Source of the DNA: Parcubacteria group bacterium Gr01-1014_8 | GTDB taxonomy: Bacteria; Patescibacteriota; Minisyncoccia; Phycocordibacterales; UBA2100 | DNA length: 64,000 nucleotides | Direction of reading: 5' to 3' | Assembly (NCBI GenBank): GCA_007376385.1 | Contig: VMGC01000004.1 | Location: 64,001 to 128,000 of the forward strand | Shown: positions 56,145 to 64,000 of the stretch, in pieces | How the letters are laid out: every line of letters starts with the position of its first letter | Position numbering within the stretch: position 1 is the stretch's first letter | Program-made: the position numbers and the translations under genes | The notes under the pieces: model-generated | What the model saw: the letters and a program-made list of their open reading frames with translations, nothing else | Database searches by the model: none | What the model was told of the DNA's origin: nothing

Positions 56145-57023
56145 TCATTTTAGAGTACTGTTACCGTGCGTCAAAACGGAAGTGGGTACATCCGACATGT
56201 CGGCCGTGCAGAGATTTCGCGCTTCATCAAGTACGGCAGGAATATGACTCGGCCTGATGCCAAATTCCTCCAATAAATGTCCGTTCTTTACGTCTTTGCA
56301 GAGCACGATCTTGTTATCCATGAGCCGGCGCTTTTCACCTTCGGATAATGTCGTAAGGCACGTAAGCGGATGAACTTTTGCTTCCTCTATCATCGAAAGA
56401 AGCCCCTTCTCGTGCGGATAGTCCCACCCGATGAGCTTCAGATCCGAACATTGGGCGTATCGAATGGCATTGCGCGTAAATCGAGTATTCGTCACCAGCC
56501 AACCTTCGTCCACGCGCGAATGCGCTTCTGGAGACTTTGCGAGGTCCTCATATCGTGCATGCACGTAGAGCGCGTCTTTGATGTCAGTTCGCCCGCCCGG
56601 ATCGTTATGGAACTTCGCCTCGACCCCTATGCGCTTCCCGTCTTTTTCAGCAAGAACGTCCACCTCGTGAGGCGCGCATCGTCCGTTCAGAGCAACTCCA
56701 GTCCACGTTCTCCAGCCATGAGCTTTCAGAACTTCCGCAAAGAATTGCTCGAAAGGAAACCCCGACGGTCCTAAAGCAAACAGTGCGCGTTTTATGGAAT
56801 ACCGTGCCGCAACAGCTGGAACATTTTGATGACGGAGCATGTCGAATGCATGCCGATATATCTCCTCTGTTGATGAACCGTCGCGTACTTCGCGAACGAC
56901 GTGCTCGATGATGCGCTCCCTCGCATCCTTAGCGGCTCCAGCTCGTTGAAGGGATGAATCCAGCTTCGAACGCTCGAACAATTCACGCTCTCCATCCGCT
57001 TTTGTAATAAATAACTTGGTCAT
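56145..57023 (-). CDS. ATP-cone domain fused to an Mrr-like PD-(D/E)xK restriction-endonuclease-fold domain
   Basis: Start at MTKLFITKADGERELFERSKLDSSLQRAG (ATP-cone). 'HEVDVLAEKDGKRIGVEAKFH' is the D...ExK nuclease core. Confidence 0.6.
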   Translation of the reverse strand: MTKLFITKADGERELFERSKLDSSLQRAGAAKDARERIIEHVVREVRDGSSTEEIYRHAFDMLRHQNVPAVAARYSIKRALFALGPSGFPFEQFFAEVLKAHGWRTWTGVALNGRCAPHEVDVLAEKDGKRIGVEAKFHNDPGGRTDIKDALYVHARYEDLAKSPEAHSRVDEGWLVTNTRFTRNAIRYAQCSDLKLIGWDYPHEKGLLSMIEEAKVHPLTCLTTLSEGEKRRLMDNKIVLCKDVKNGHLLEEFGIRPSHIPAVLDEARNLCTADMSDVPTSVLTHGNSTLK

Positions 57024-57024
57024 G

Positions 57025-57426
57025 CTATTTCGTAAATTCCTCCAAGACTTGGATGTTAAGAGGCTTCCCGTCCAAGGTTGCGATAAAAGAAACACCAACG
57101 GAAGGCGCAAATACCACGGTCTCAAATTGCCGAACTGCCGACTCTTTTGAGCAATCGCGGTTTGGTTCTACCCACGTCTTGAAATCCACGAGATAGACAA
57201 ATCTCGATGGCTCTTGGATCGTGACGTGCAGCGTATGGCACTGAGATGGAACCATAAGCGCTCCTTTCAGATGATGTTGGCCTTGGCTTACATTTGAAAA
57301 GATCATGAGCGGCTGTTCTACTTTTGTATACGTACTTAAGATGCTCCCAACGAACACAAATGTCGCGAACGCCACAAAGACGGATATTGTCGATATCCAC
57401 AGGAGGCGCCACATCACCTCTGTCAT
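57025..57426 (-). CDS. Hypothetical protein with N-terminal TM anchor
   Basis: 133 aa, one hydrophobic helix. It starts 2 nt after the preceding gene, so it looks operonic. Confidence 0.35.
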   Translation of the reverse strand: MTEVMWRLLWISTISVFVAFATFVFVGSILSTYTKVEQPLMIFSNVSQGQHHLKGALMVPSQCHTLHVTIQEPSRFVYLVDFKTWVEPNRDCSKESAVRQFETVVFAPSVGVSFIATLDGKPLNIQVLEEFTK

Positions 57427-57509
57427 GTTCTGACATTATAGCCCGCCTGAAGATCGCCAGCACTCCGCGACTGCTATACAGTGGATTGCCGAGGGGCGTA
57501 TCAGATGCG

Positions 57510-58550
57510 TTACATCGCTATCCCGCCGCCAAGAACGCAAGACGAATCATAGAAGACGACAGATTGCCCGGGAGCGATAAGCTGCGGAGTATCGAATTGA
57601 ATTGAAGTGCTGTTCGTTTTCATTACTGTCGCGCTCACAGGTTCCTCTCTATATCTGACCTGCGCCTCAACAGAAATCTCATTAGCAGGAGATGTTCGAT
57701 GCCACTGCGTATCTGACAGTTGCACCTTGGTTCGCATTGCCTTTTTCCTGTCCGACGACACAACCAGAGTATTCGAGATAACATCAACCCGAATGCAATA
57801 GTACGTCGCGCCGCCCGAACTGTGTATTGAGAACCCGTGTCTTTGACCAACAGTGTACAGTGCGGCTCCCCTATGCCTGCCAATGACCTTTTCGCTTTCA
57901 TCAAGAACGTCTCCCGGCTTCATAGGAATATAATTGCTTAAGAATTCTGGCATCGATATATCGCCCACAAAGCAAAGGCCCTGGCTATCGGGCTTTTGCG
58001 CGACAGGGAGCGAAAAACGCGCAGCGAGCGAGCGAACCTCGGATTTTAAAAGAGCACCAACGGGAAAAAAGATCTTTCCGAGATCATTGCTCGACAACTG
58101 CCATAAAAAATACGACTGGTCTTTCTCTTTGTCTCTACCGCGATGTAATTCGAACTCATGTCCTTTCTGTTTGACTTGCGCATAATGGCCAGTCGCTATC
58201 ATCTGCGCGCCCTCCTCCCAAGCCCACCCCGCAAAAGCGCCGAATTTGATCACTCTATTGCAGAGTACGTCAGGATTCGGCGTCACCCCCCGCGTGTATC
58301 CCTCTATCATGTCGCCAATTACTTCTCGCTTGTATTCATCGGAAAGGTCAACTTCTTTGAACGGAATACCGAGCGTGGCACAGATGCGCATTGCGTCGAG
58401 TCTATCTCTCGCCCACGTACATTCTGTAAATTCAGGCTGCCAAATTTTTATGAACGCGCCGACAACAGTGAAACCCTGCTCTTTGAGTAGAGCTGCCGAT
58501 ACGGCGCTATCAACGCCGCCGGAGAGACCGACAAATACTACCTTTCCCAT
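57510..58550 (-). CDS. mnmA: tRNA-specific 2-thiouridylase
   Basis: PP-loop 'VGLSGGVDSAVSA', and 'GHYA...' and 'CFVGDIS' regions as in MnmA. Confidence 0.85.
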   Translation of the reverse strand: MGKVVFVGLSGGVDSAVSAALLKEQGFTVVGAFIKIWQPEFTECTWARDRLDAMRICATLGIPFKEVDLSDEYKREVIGDMIEGYTRGVTPNPDVLCNRVIKFGAFAGWAWEEGAQMIATGHYAQVKQKGHEFELHRGRDKEKDQSYFLWQLSSNDLGKIFFPVGALLKSEVRSLAARFSLPVAQKPDSQGLCFVGDISMPEFLSNYIPMKPGDVLDESEKVIGRHRGAALYTVGQRHGFSIHSSGGATYYCIRVDVISNTLVVSSDRKKAMRTKVQLSDTQWHRTSPANEISVEAQVRYREEPVSATVMKTNSTSIQFDTPQLIAPGQSVVFYDSSCVLGGGIAM

Positions 58551-58571
58551 TTACGGCACAATATACCTATC

Positions 58572-59606
58572 TTATGTGCCAAGGTACAATGCCTTTTTTC
58601 TCAGGTGCTCTTCGTAGGTCGTGCTGTAATACGTAACGCCATTGCGATCCGCGAGGTAATAGAGATATTTATGCTGCACAGGGGTCACCGCGGCTTTCAA
58701 CGATGACAAACTAGGAGAACCAATAGCACCCGGCGGAAGTCCTTTGTTGCGATAGGTGTTATACGGCGAATCACTTTTCAGATCCTCCATGGTCAGCTGA
58801 AATGTACTTCTTCCTATCGTGTATAGAAATGCAGCGTCTACTTGAAGCAGCATGTTCTTGTGTATCCTGTTCCAGAGCACTCCCGCTATCATTTGGCGGT
58901 CGCGAAACGTGTGTGCCTCCCTCTCTAAGAGCGATGCCATGATGACAACATCCTTAAGCGGCTTTCCGAATGATGCGACTTCCCCGGCTATCTGTTCCAT
59001 GTGTTCTTCAAAGTTCTGGCCCATCGCTTGTATCACAATATCTTCGGTCGCGTTCGGCAAAAAGAAATATGTATCAGGGAACAGGAATCCTTCGATTGGC
59101 TGGGCCTTTTCGTAAAATGTCTTTTCGTTGACACGTTTTAGACGATTTGAGAATATCTTTGCCATCTCCCTCGTCGTTGCGCCCTCTGGGATGCGAACTC
59201 TTGTCGGCTCCAGTCCATATGCGCCTGTCGAGATCGCTCGCGCGACAGCAAAAAGACTTTTAGGTTCTTTGAAAAGATAGTCACCGGCTTTTACCGCCGT
59301 ATCGCGTCCAAGCATAGTCACAACGATGCGAAGCGCCGCAGAGTTCTGCACAACGTGAGCATCTTTAAGAAGCGTGGCAACTTCATCAAGGGCGGCTCCC
59401 TGCGGGACTGTGACAAGCTCATCGATAGGAAATTCTTGCGGAGGCGCGAACCACCTTGAGTATGCATACAGAACAACAAAACCGACAACGATGATGATAA
59501 GTATGGTCCTTTGATTGGCGCCCCGCCGCCACTGTTCGCTGAGCCTGGCCTGCACGACGCCAAACCGAGCATAAAATTTCTCTAAATAACGTGAGATCTG
59601 AGGCAT
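58572..59606 (-). CDS. mltG: Endolytic murein transglycosylase MltG (YceG-like)
   Basis: N-terminal TM (ILIIIVVGFVVLYAY) and YceG core '...LLEREAHTFRDRQMIAGVLWNRI...GLPPGAIGSPSLSSLKAAV'. Start at MPQISRY (rc ATG 59604-59606). Confidence 0.7.
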   Translation of the reverse strand: MPQISRYLEKFYARFGVVQARLSEQWRRGANQRTILIIIVVGFVVLYAYSRWFAPPQEFPIDELVTVPQGAALDEVATLLKDAHVVQNSAALRIVVTMLGRDTAVKAGDYLFKEPKSLFAVARAISTGAYGLEPTRVRIPEGATTREMAKIFSNRLKRVNEKTFYEKAQPIEGFLFPDTYFFLPNATEDIVIQAMGQNFEEHMEQIAGEVASFGKPLKDVVIMASLLEREAHTFRDRQMIAGVLWNRIHKNMLLQVDAAFLYTIGRSTFQLTMEDLKSDSPYNTYRNKGLPPGAIGSPSLSSLKAAVTPVQHKYLYYLADRNGVTYYSTTYEEHLRKKALYLGT

Positions 59607-59620
59607 GAAGTTGCAGAAAT

Positions 59621-61090
59621 CTATTTCGGCAGATTCGAAGGCGGAGGGGCTTTGGTGAACGGTATTCTCTGGAGCCCTGGCGATTTGATGGCAGTCGTCG
59701 GCGGGTGGAAGAGCGACGCGATGCACTCAGCGCACATGATCATGCCGGGACTTATCCATGGAGCGTGAAAATAACTGCGTCTTCGGTACGCGTCAAGAAA
59801 TCTTCTAATTGTCAGTATCCACCGAACTCCGTGAAAATCTTGCCACGGATAGTCGAAGTCTCCGTGCCATCGTTTCGGGCGCAGCCGATTCAAATACCAC
59901 GAGTTGTACCCCTGCCAGAGCCATCGCATCGAGTTACGGTTCGGCGGGCTGTAGTCTTCGTACTTCGCAATGTAGGCAATTCGTATCCCAACCTCGAATA
60001 AACGCTTGCCCGCATGGCGCTCAATAGCTTGTATCTGCTCAGTCTGCTTCCACGTTCCCCTGGCACGAGCAGTTCGCTGTTCCTCTTCAGTCAGGTGCTT
60101 TCTGAATGTTGCAGATTCGAATCGCAGTTCCTCAACAACAGCCTGCGCTGCAGCTTGAAAAGTTGTGCCGCCAATTTTGCCTATGTGTGCGCGAAATATG
60201 ATCTGCGTCCACGCCTGTTCACTTTTCTTGAGATTGCTCATTCTCTCAACTATAAGAGCCAGTGGATCTGTTTTGTATTCTTCCTTTGGGTCCCTGTCCA
60301 TTTCGAAGTCCAGGTAGGAGCGTATCGGATAAATACCCATGATGGGTGGCGCGCGGCCTGGAATATCATTGGCTACTCCCAAAGGATTGGGGTCCTTCTC
60401 TAAAAGCATTTGGTTAGCAAAGAGGTCTGTTACTTGAGGATCGAAGTGGAATTTCGTCGCATAATCCTCCACTTCTATCAACTCTATTTCCGGGTACTGC
60501 GCATATATGAATGTTTCGGTGCGGCTTCTGAATTTTTCCCAGCACCAAATGTAAAAGTGCACTTCTCCCTCGAAACCTGCTATCTCGAACGAATACCATG
60601 TTCGGATACCGCCGTCCCAATAGCGGTCAATGAACGTTGTTTCTCCGTTTATATCCCAAAATCCAGCGAGGGCCGCCTCCATGGCTCTCGGCGATTTCAC
60701 AACATTTGCCGGAAATTTCATCTCAAGCACAACAGTCTTTTGCTTACTTATGTTATATGCCCGGACATACCACACCCACGCTTTCCACATGCCGGTTATG
60801 AGCGCTGCAGGAAGCCCCAAAGGAGACAAAGCCAGCAGCCAGGAGGCGGAGATCTTTAGAAAGCTCGGCAGCATATACGAAGCAACCGAGGTGAGTATCA
60901 CCAGAAATACAAGGAGAAGACCTCCCCTTGAGACGCCAAATTCACCCATGAGATCTATGAATTCTTGAAAATATGTCGCATGGCCGCTATGGCCGCTGTG
61001 AGTGCCTCCTTTTCCTGTACTTAAGTCGGCAAGAACCTGAGCAACATCGCCGACGGGATCGAATCCGCCAGATTCTTTTTCTTCCGCCAT
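59621..61090 (-). CDS. Hypothetical polytopic membrane protein with a large Trp/Tyr-rich soluble region
   Basis: 489 aa, His/Gly-rich N-terminus, 2-3 TM helices. No motif recognised. Confidence 0.4.
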   Translation of the reverse strand: MAEEKESGGFDPVGDVAQVLADLSTGKGGTHSGHSGHATYFQEFIDLMGEFGVSRGGLLLVFLVILTSVASYMLPSFLKISASWLLALSPLGLPAALITGMWKAWVWYVRAYNISKQKTVVLEMKFPANVVKSPRAMEAALAGFWDINGETTFIDRYWDGGIRTWYSFEIAGFEGEVHFYIWCWEKFRSRTETFIYAQYPEIELIEVEDYATKFHFDPQVTDLFANQMLLEKDPNPLGVANDIPGRAPPIMGIYPIRSYLDFEMDRDPKEEYKTDPLALIVERMSNLKKSEQAWTQIIFRAHIGKIGGTTFQAAAQAVVEELRFESATFRKHLTEEEQRTARARGTWKQTEQIQAIERHAGKRLFEVGIRIAYIAKYEDYSPPNRNSMRWLWQGYNSWYLNRLRPKRWHGDFDYPWQDFHGVRWILTIRRFLDAYRRRSYFHAPWISPGMIMCAECIASLFHPPTTAIKSPGLQRIPFTKAPPPSNLPK

Positions 61091-61150
61091 GGAGGCATTC
61101 TAACAGCTCCGCTGAATCGGTCTCTTACTTACTCACAGAAACGAACAAGA

Positions 61151-62170
61151 TTAATTCAGAGCGTATTTTCCGTCCGCCATGCGCGTGAACGAACCGTTCT
61201 GGAGATTGACCATCACCGTCGCATCTTTTACATAGCGCTCGCGCTTTACGCGCTCCACTATCTCACTTCGCGTAAGCGGTCCTTCTCGTTCCAAAATATT
61301 GCGTATCACCTCTCTGACGACCCCCGGCGCATAACCCCACTCCTTCAGAGCGTACAATCCGCGACCAACCAGTACGAACCGCTGGTCTTTGATGAGCTCA
61401 TTGTGCGTAGTCGCCGGATGCGCATTGCGTCGGAACAGTTTTTCGATGCCGCTCGCTACTTCCGTAAAGTGCATCGGAGAGCCGTGGCGCTTCAGCGTCA
61501 AGTAGGCAAAGTCGCGTGTGTTTCGAATGCGGACGTGCGGCGATTCGGTGCGTCCCCATTCTCCGAGCGGATTTTTACTGATGCGCTTCGAAATCATGAG
61601 CCACCTCTCCATGTGGTCATTTGGTCTCGACTTTATGCCTTCTTCTTTTAGAAATTTCTCAAAAAGCGCCAAAAACTCATCTTGCGGGATAAGATTCTCA
61701 AGTTCGACTGCCTCGTACAGTCTGATAAGTGCTCGTTCAATGGAATCGGAGAGACTTTCGTCCACATGCCACCTGGCGTGAAAATTGTTGTTCTCTCGCT
61801 CGTAATTGAAATGATGCCCGACGGTGAGCAAAAATATGATGTGGTTCTTATCCGTCTCACTTTTTGGCACTTCCTTCAAGAGAACGTGTTCGGCAAGCAC
61901 CCCGCCAAGTTCGTGGATTGCCCGCTTAAGGTCGTCAATTGCCTTAGTATGCGACGTATACGCCTCGGATCCCCGAATGCTTCCGAGTCCATGGCTCTCT
62001 ATCTGGCGGATGCGCTCTCTGGTGATGCCGTATTCCTTGCCGATAGCATCCAACGTGCGCCTCTCTCCAGTATTCCCGAGCCCAAAACGGTGCGTCAGCA
62101 CCTTACGGGAACGGTCGGGAAGATTGGCCAAGAGATCCTTTGTTACTGCTTTTGGGGCGAAGGACAACAT
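61151..62170 (-). CDS. Sigma-70 region-4-like HTH protein with a ~270-aa C-terminal extension
   Basis: 'RSRKVLTHRFGLGNTGERRTLDAIGKEYGITRERIRQIESHGLGSIR' matches sigma-70 region 4. The remainder is unassigned. Confidence 0.5.
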   Translation of the reverse strand: MLSFAPKAVTKDLLANLPDRSRKVLTHRFGLGNTGERRTLDAIGKEYGITRERIRQIESHGLGSIRGSEAYTSHTKAIDDLKRAIHELGGVLAEHVLLKEVPKSETDKNHIIFLLTVGHHFNYERENNNFHARWHVDESLSDSIERALIRLYEAVELENLIPQDEFLALFEKFLKEEGIKSRPNDHMERWLMISKRISKNPLGEWGRTESPHVRIRNTRDFAYLTLKRHGSPMHFTEVASGIEKLFRRNAHPATTHNELIKDQRFVLVGRGLYALKEWGYAPGVVREVIRNILEREGPLTRSEIVERVKRERYVKDATVMVNLQNGSFTRMADGKYALN

Positions 62171-62264
62171 GTTTTTGGTTTTTGAACCATTTGACGGAAC
62201 AAACTGGTTATGGCGTATGTTTTATCAGAATCTGAGAGGTGTGTCAATTTATTACTTGCGCAGA

Positions 62265-62336
62265 ATACCCCGTAGCTCTGCTGCGGGGATAAATGCGCAA
62301 GAGCGGAGGGGGTCGGGGAACCGCGTTCGGTTCCCC
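62265..62336. promoter_or_regulatory. Two adjacent hairpins in the dnaB upstream (divergent) region: ATACCCCGTAGCTCTGCTGCGGGGATA and GGGGAACCGcgttCGGTTCCCC
   Basis: The first (62265-62291) looks like a spacer-less relative of the ATACCCCRTGAGA element. The second (62315-62336) is a perfect 9-bp-stem palindrome 15 nt upstream of the dnaB ATG. Confidence 0.3.
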
Positions 62337-62350
62337 GTGGAGGAGAGCAG

Positions 62351-63697
62351 ATGGAGAAGGCTCTCCTTGGAGCCTTAATGCTTAGCCAAAACTCTATCTA
62401 CGAGGTCGCAGACGTCGTCACGATCGAGTCTTTTTACGCTGGAAAACATCGCGAGATATTTGATGCAATGCTCGCCCTCCATGCAAAGGGTGAACCTATA
62501 GATCTCGTCACCGTCTCTGGCAAACTTAAGGAGCGCCAGAAGTTGCAGGACATAGGCGGAGGCTCATATCTATCTGAACTGGTTGCTTCCGCAGCCTCTC
62601 CAGGAAGCGCACGGCACTACGCTGAATCTGTTCAGACCAAATTCGTCTTGCGTACCCTCATAGACGCTGCTGCAAAAATAGGAGAATTGGGCTTTCAGGA
62701 AGACAGAGAGATAGAAGAGATACTGGACGAGGCCCAAGCAGCCGTATTTACCGTTTCGAATGCTCCCAGCCTCCGAAATTTCACGACTATCAAAGAGAGT
62801 TTGACAGAAGCGTGGGAACGACTCGAGCATTTGCAGAAACACGAATCCGCTCTTCGCGGCATCCCGACCGGTTTTCCACAACTCGACAATTTGCTGGCAG
62901 GGCTTCAGAAATCCGACCTCATAATCCTAGCCGCACGACCTTCAATGGGTAAAACCGCCCTTGCACTTGATATGGCGCGGCTGACCGCTACGAAGCATCA
63001 GACCGCTGTCGGCATCTTTTCTCTTGAAATGAGTTCGCAGCAGCTTGTGGATAGAATGCTTGCTGCTGAAGCGCGTGTTGACTCATGGCAGCTTCGAACG
63101 GGAAAGATACGAAAAGACGAAGATTTTGGCCGTTTGCAAGAAGCAATGTCGCGGCTCTCTGAGGCGCCTATCTACATAGACGACAAAGCATCAAGTACCG
63201 TACTCGGCATGCGCTCAATTGCGCGCCGTTTAAAAATGGAAAAATCCCTGGGCCTCATTATCGTTGATTATCTGCAACTCATCACACCAGGCGCATCGAG
63301 AGGCAGCGATTCATTGGTTCAACAGATAACTGAAATATCGCGTTCTCTGAAGGCCATGGCCCGCGAGTTAGACGTTCCTGTTCTGGCGCTTTCGCAGCTT
63401 TCGCGCGCTGTTGAGCAACGACGCGGTCGCCCGCGTCTCTCTGACCTTCGCGATTCCGGCTCGATCGAGCAGGATGCGGATGTCGTGATGTTTATCCACA
63501 GAGAGGACAAAATGAGCGACAACACTGATAGGCCCGGTATAGCCGAAATTCTTGTCGAGAAACATAGAAACGGTCCTGTTGGAAAAATTGAACTTCAATT
63601 CCAGGACAAAATGGCAACCTTCGACACGCTCGCAACCGCAGATTTCGGCGATTTCACCACGGAAGCGCAGGTTTCGTCAGACGAGTCGCCGTTCTAA
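62351..63697 (+). CDS. dnaB: Replicative DNA helicase DnaB
   Basis: Walker A 'ILAARPSMGKTALALD', and 'IIVDYLQLI' and 'ELDVPVLALSQLSR' RecA-fold motifs. The N-terminal domain matches DnaB. Confidence 0.85.
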   Translation: MEKALLGALMLSQNSIYEVADVVTIESFYAGKHREIFDAMLALHAKGEPIDLVTVSGKLKERQKLQDIGGGSYLSELVASAASPGSARHYAESVQTKFVLRTLIDAAAKIGELGFQEDREIEEILDEAQAAVFTVSNAPSLRNFTTIKESLTEAWERLEHLQKHESALRGIPTGFPQLDNLLAGLQKSDLIILAARPSMGKTALALDMARLTATKHQTAVGIFSLEMSSQQLVDRMLAAEARVDSWQLRTGKIRKDEDFGRLQEAMSRLSEAPIYIDDKASSTVLGMRSIARRLKMEKSLGLIIVDYLQLITPGASRGSDSLVQQITEISRSLKAMARELDVPVLALSQLSRAVEQRRGRPRLSDLRDSGSIEQDADVVMFIHREDKMSDNTDRPGIAEILVEKHRNGPVGKIELQFQDKMATFDTLATADFGDFTTEAQVSSDESPF

Positions 63698-63740
63698 AAC
63701 AGGTTAGGCGTAGAGGGTCCGATTCGTTACAATGTCACCC

Positions 63741-64000
63741 ATGCCAGGGGATCCTATCGAGAGATTAAGCGCGCTTTTTGAACGCTTCCCCGGGATCGGA
63801 CCGCGACAAGCGCAACGATTCGTGCAATTCCTTCTGAGGTCCTCCCTAGCGACAAGAAGAGAGCTGATAGATTCTGTACAAGAATTGTCAAAAAGTGTTC
63901 ACCAATGCGTCTCTTGTATGCGTTATTCTACCGGAGCAAAGGGAGAGTGCTCTATGTGCGTCAGTACTGATCGTGAAAATTCGCTTCTCGCAGTTGTCGC
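63741..64000 (+). CDS. recR: Recombination protein RecR, partial; runs off the window end
   Basis: 'IERLSALFERFPGIGPRQAQRFVQFLL' (helix-hairpin-helix) followed by 'CVSCMRY...CSMC', the C4 zinc finger. An alternative ATG lies at 63732. Confidence 0.7.
   Translation, partial: MPGDPIERLSALFERFPGIGPRQAQRFVQFLLRSSLATRRELIDSVQELSKSVHQCVSCMRYSTGAKGECSMCVSTDRENSLLAVV

Noticed and set aside
1-64000. CRISPR arrays, tRNA genes, rRNA genes
   Set aside because: I scanned the intergenic gaps by eye for regularly spaced direct repeats and for tRNA T-arm consensus (GGTTCGAATCC-like) and found none. The Cas4-like nuclease has no adjacent repeat array or cas1/cas2. Absence is not proven without a tool-based scan.

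Overview
This 64-kb window looks like a gene-dense bacterial chromosome segment of roughly 47-50% GC, with most genes on the minus strand. Many translation and cell-envelope genes, small multi-TM proteins of unknown function and an archaeal-type PEPC suggest a reduced-genome, uncultivated lineage, possibly Patescibacteria/CPR-like; this is inference only. All functional calls come from motif recognition by eye, since no searches could be run.

Recognisable content, in order:
- a polyamine cluster (carboxyspermidine decarboxylase and dehydrogenase, an arginine-decarboxylase-like enzyme, and an unusual GNAT-methyltransferase fusion);
- six aminoacyl-tRNA synthetases (leuS, cysS, gltX, aspS, trpS, alaS);
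- a dcw fragment mraY-[archaeal-type PEP carboxylase]-ftsW-murG, with PEPC where murD normally sits;
- scpA/scpB;
- a grpE-dnaK-dnaJ operon with an IS200/RAYT-like Y1 transposase, flanked by two copies of a hairpin, inserted between grpE and dnaK;
- the alpha-operon ribosomal block infA-rpmJ-rpsM-rpsK-rpsD-rpoA-rplQ followed by rplM-rpsI;
- a DNA repair/nuclease neighbourhood (family-4 UDG, Ogt domain, a Cas4-like Fe-S nuclease, an ATP-cone/Mrr-like endonuclease);
- dnaB and a partial recR at the end.

No rRNA, tRNA or CRISPR array was recognised by eye.

The observations most worth a second look:
- LeuS carries an in-frame insertion of about 177 aa that looks like a complete RBBP9/YdeN-type serine hydrolase, with an intact GHSxGG nucleophile elbow, placed just before the CP1 editing domain.
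- A family of about 70-105 bp elements with inverted termini of consensus ATACCCCRTGAGA sits exactly at intercistronic junctions; four clear copies and two degenerate ones were found.
- leuS and rplI each have an upstream short ORF whose TGA stop overlaps the downstream start codon as ATGA. The leuS one mimics the LeuS N-terminus.
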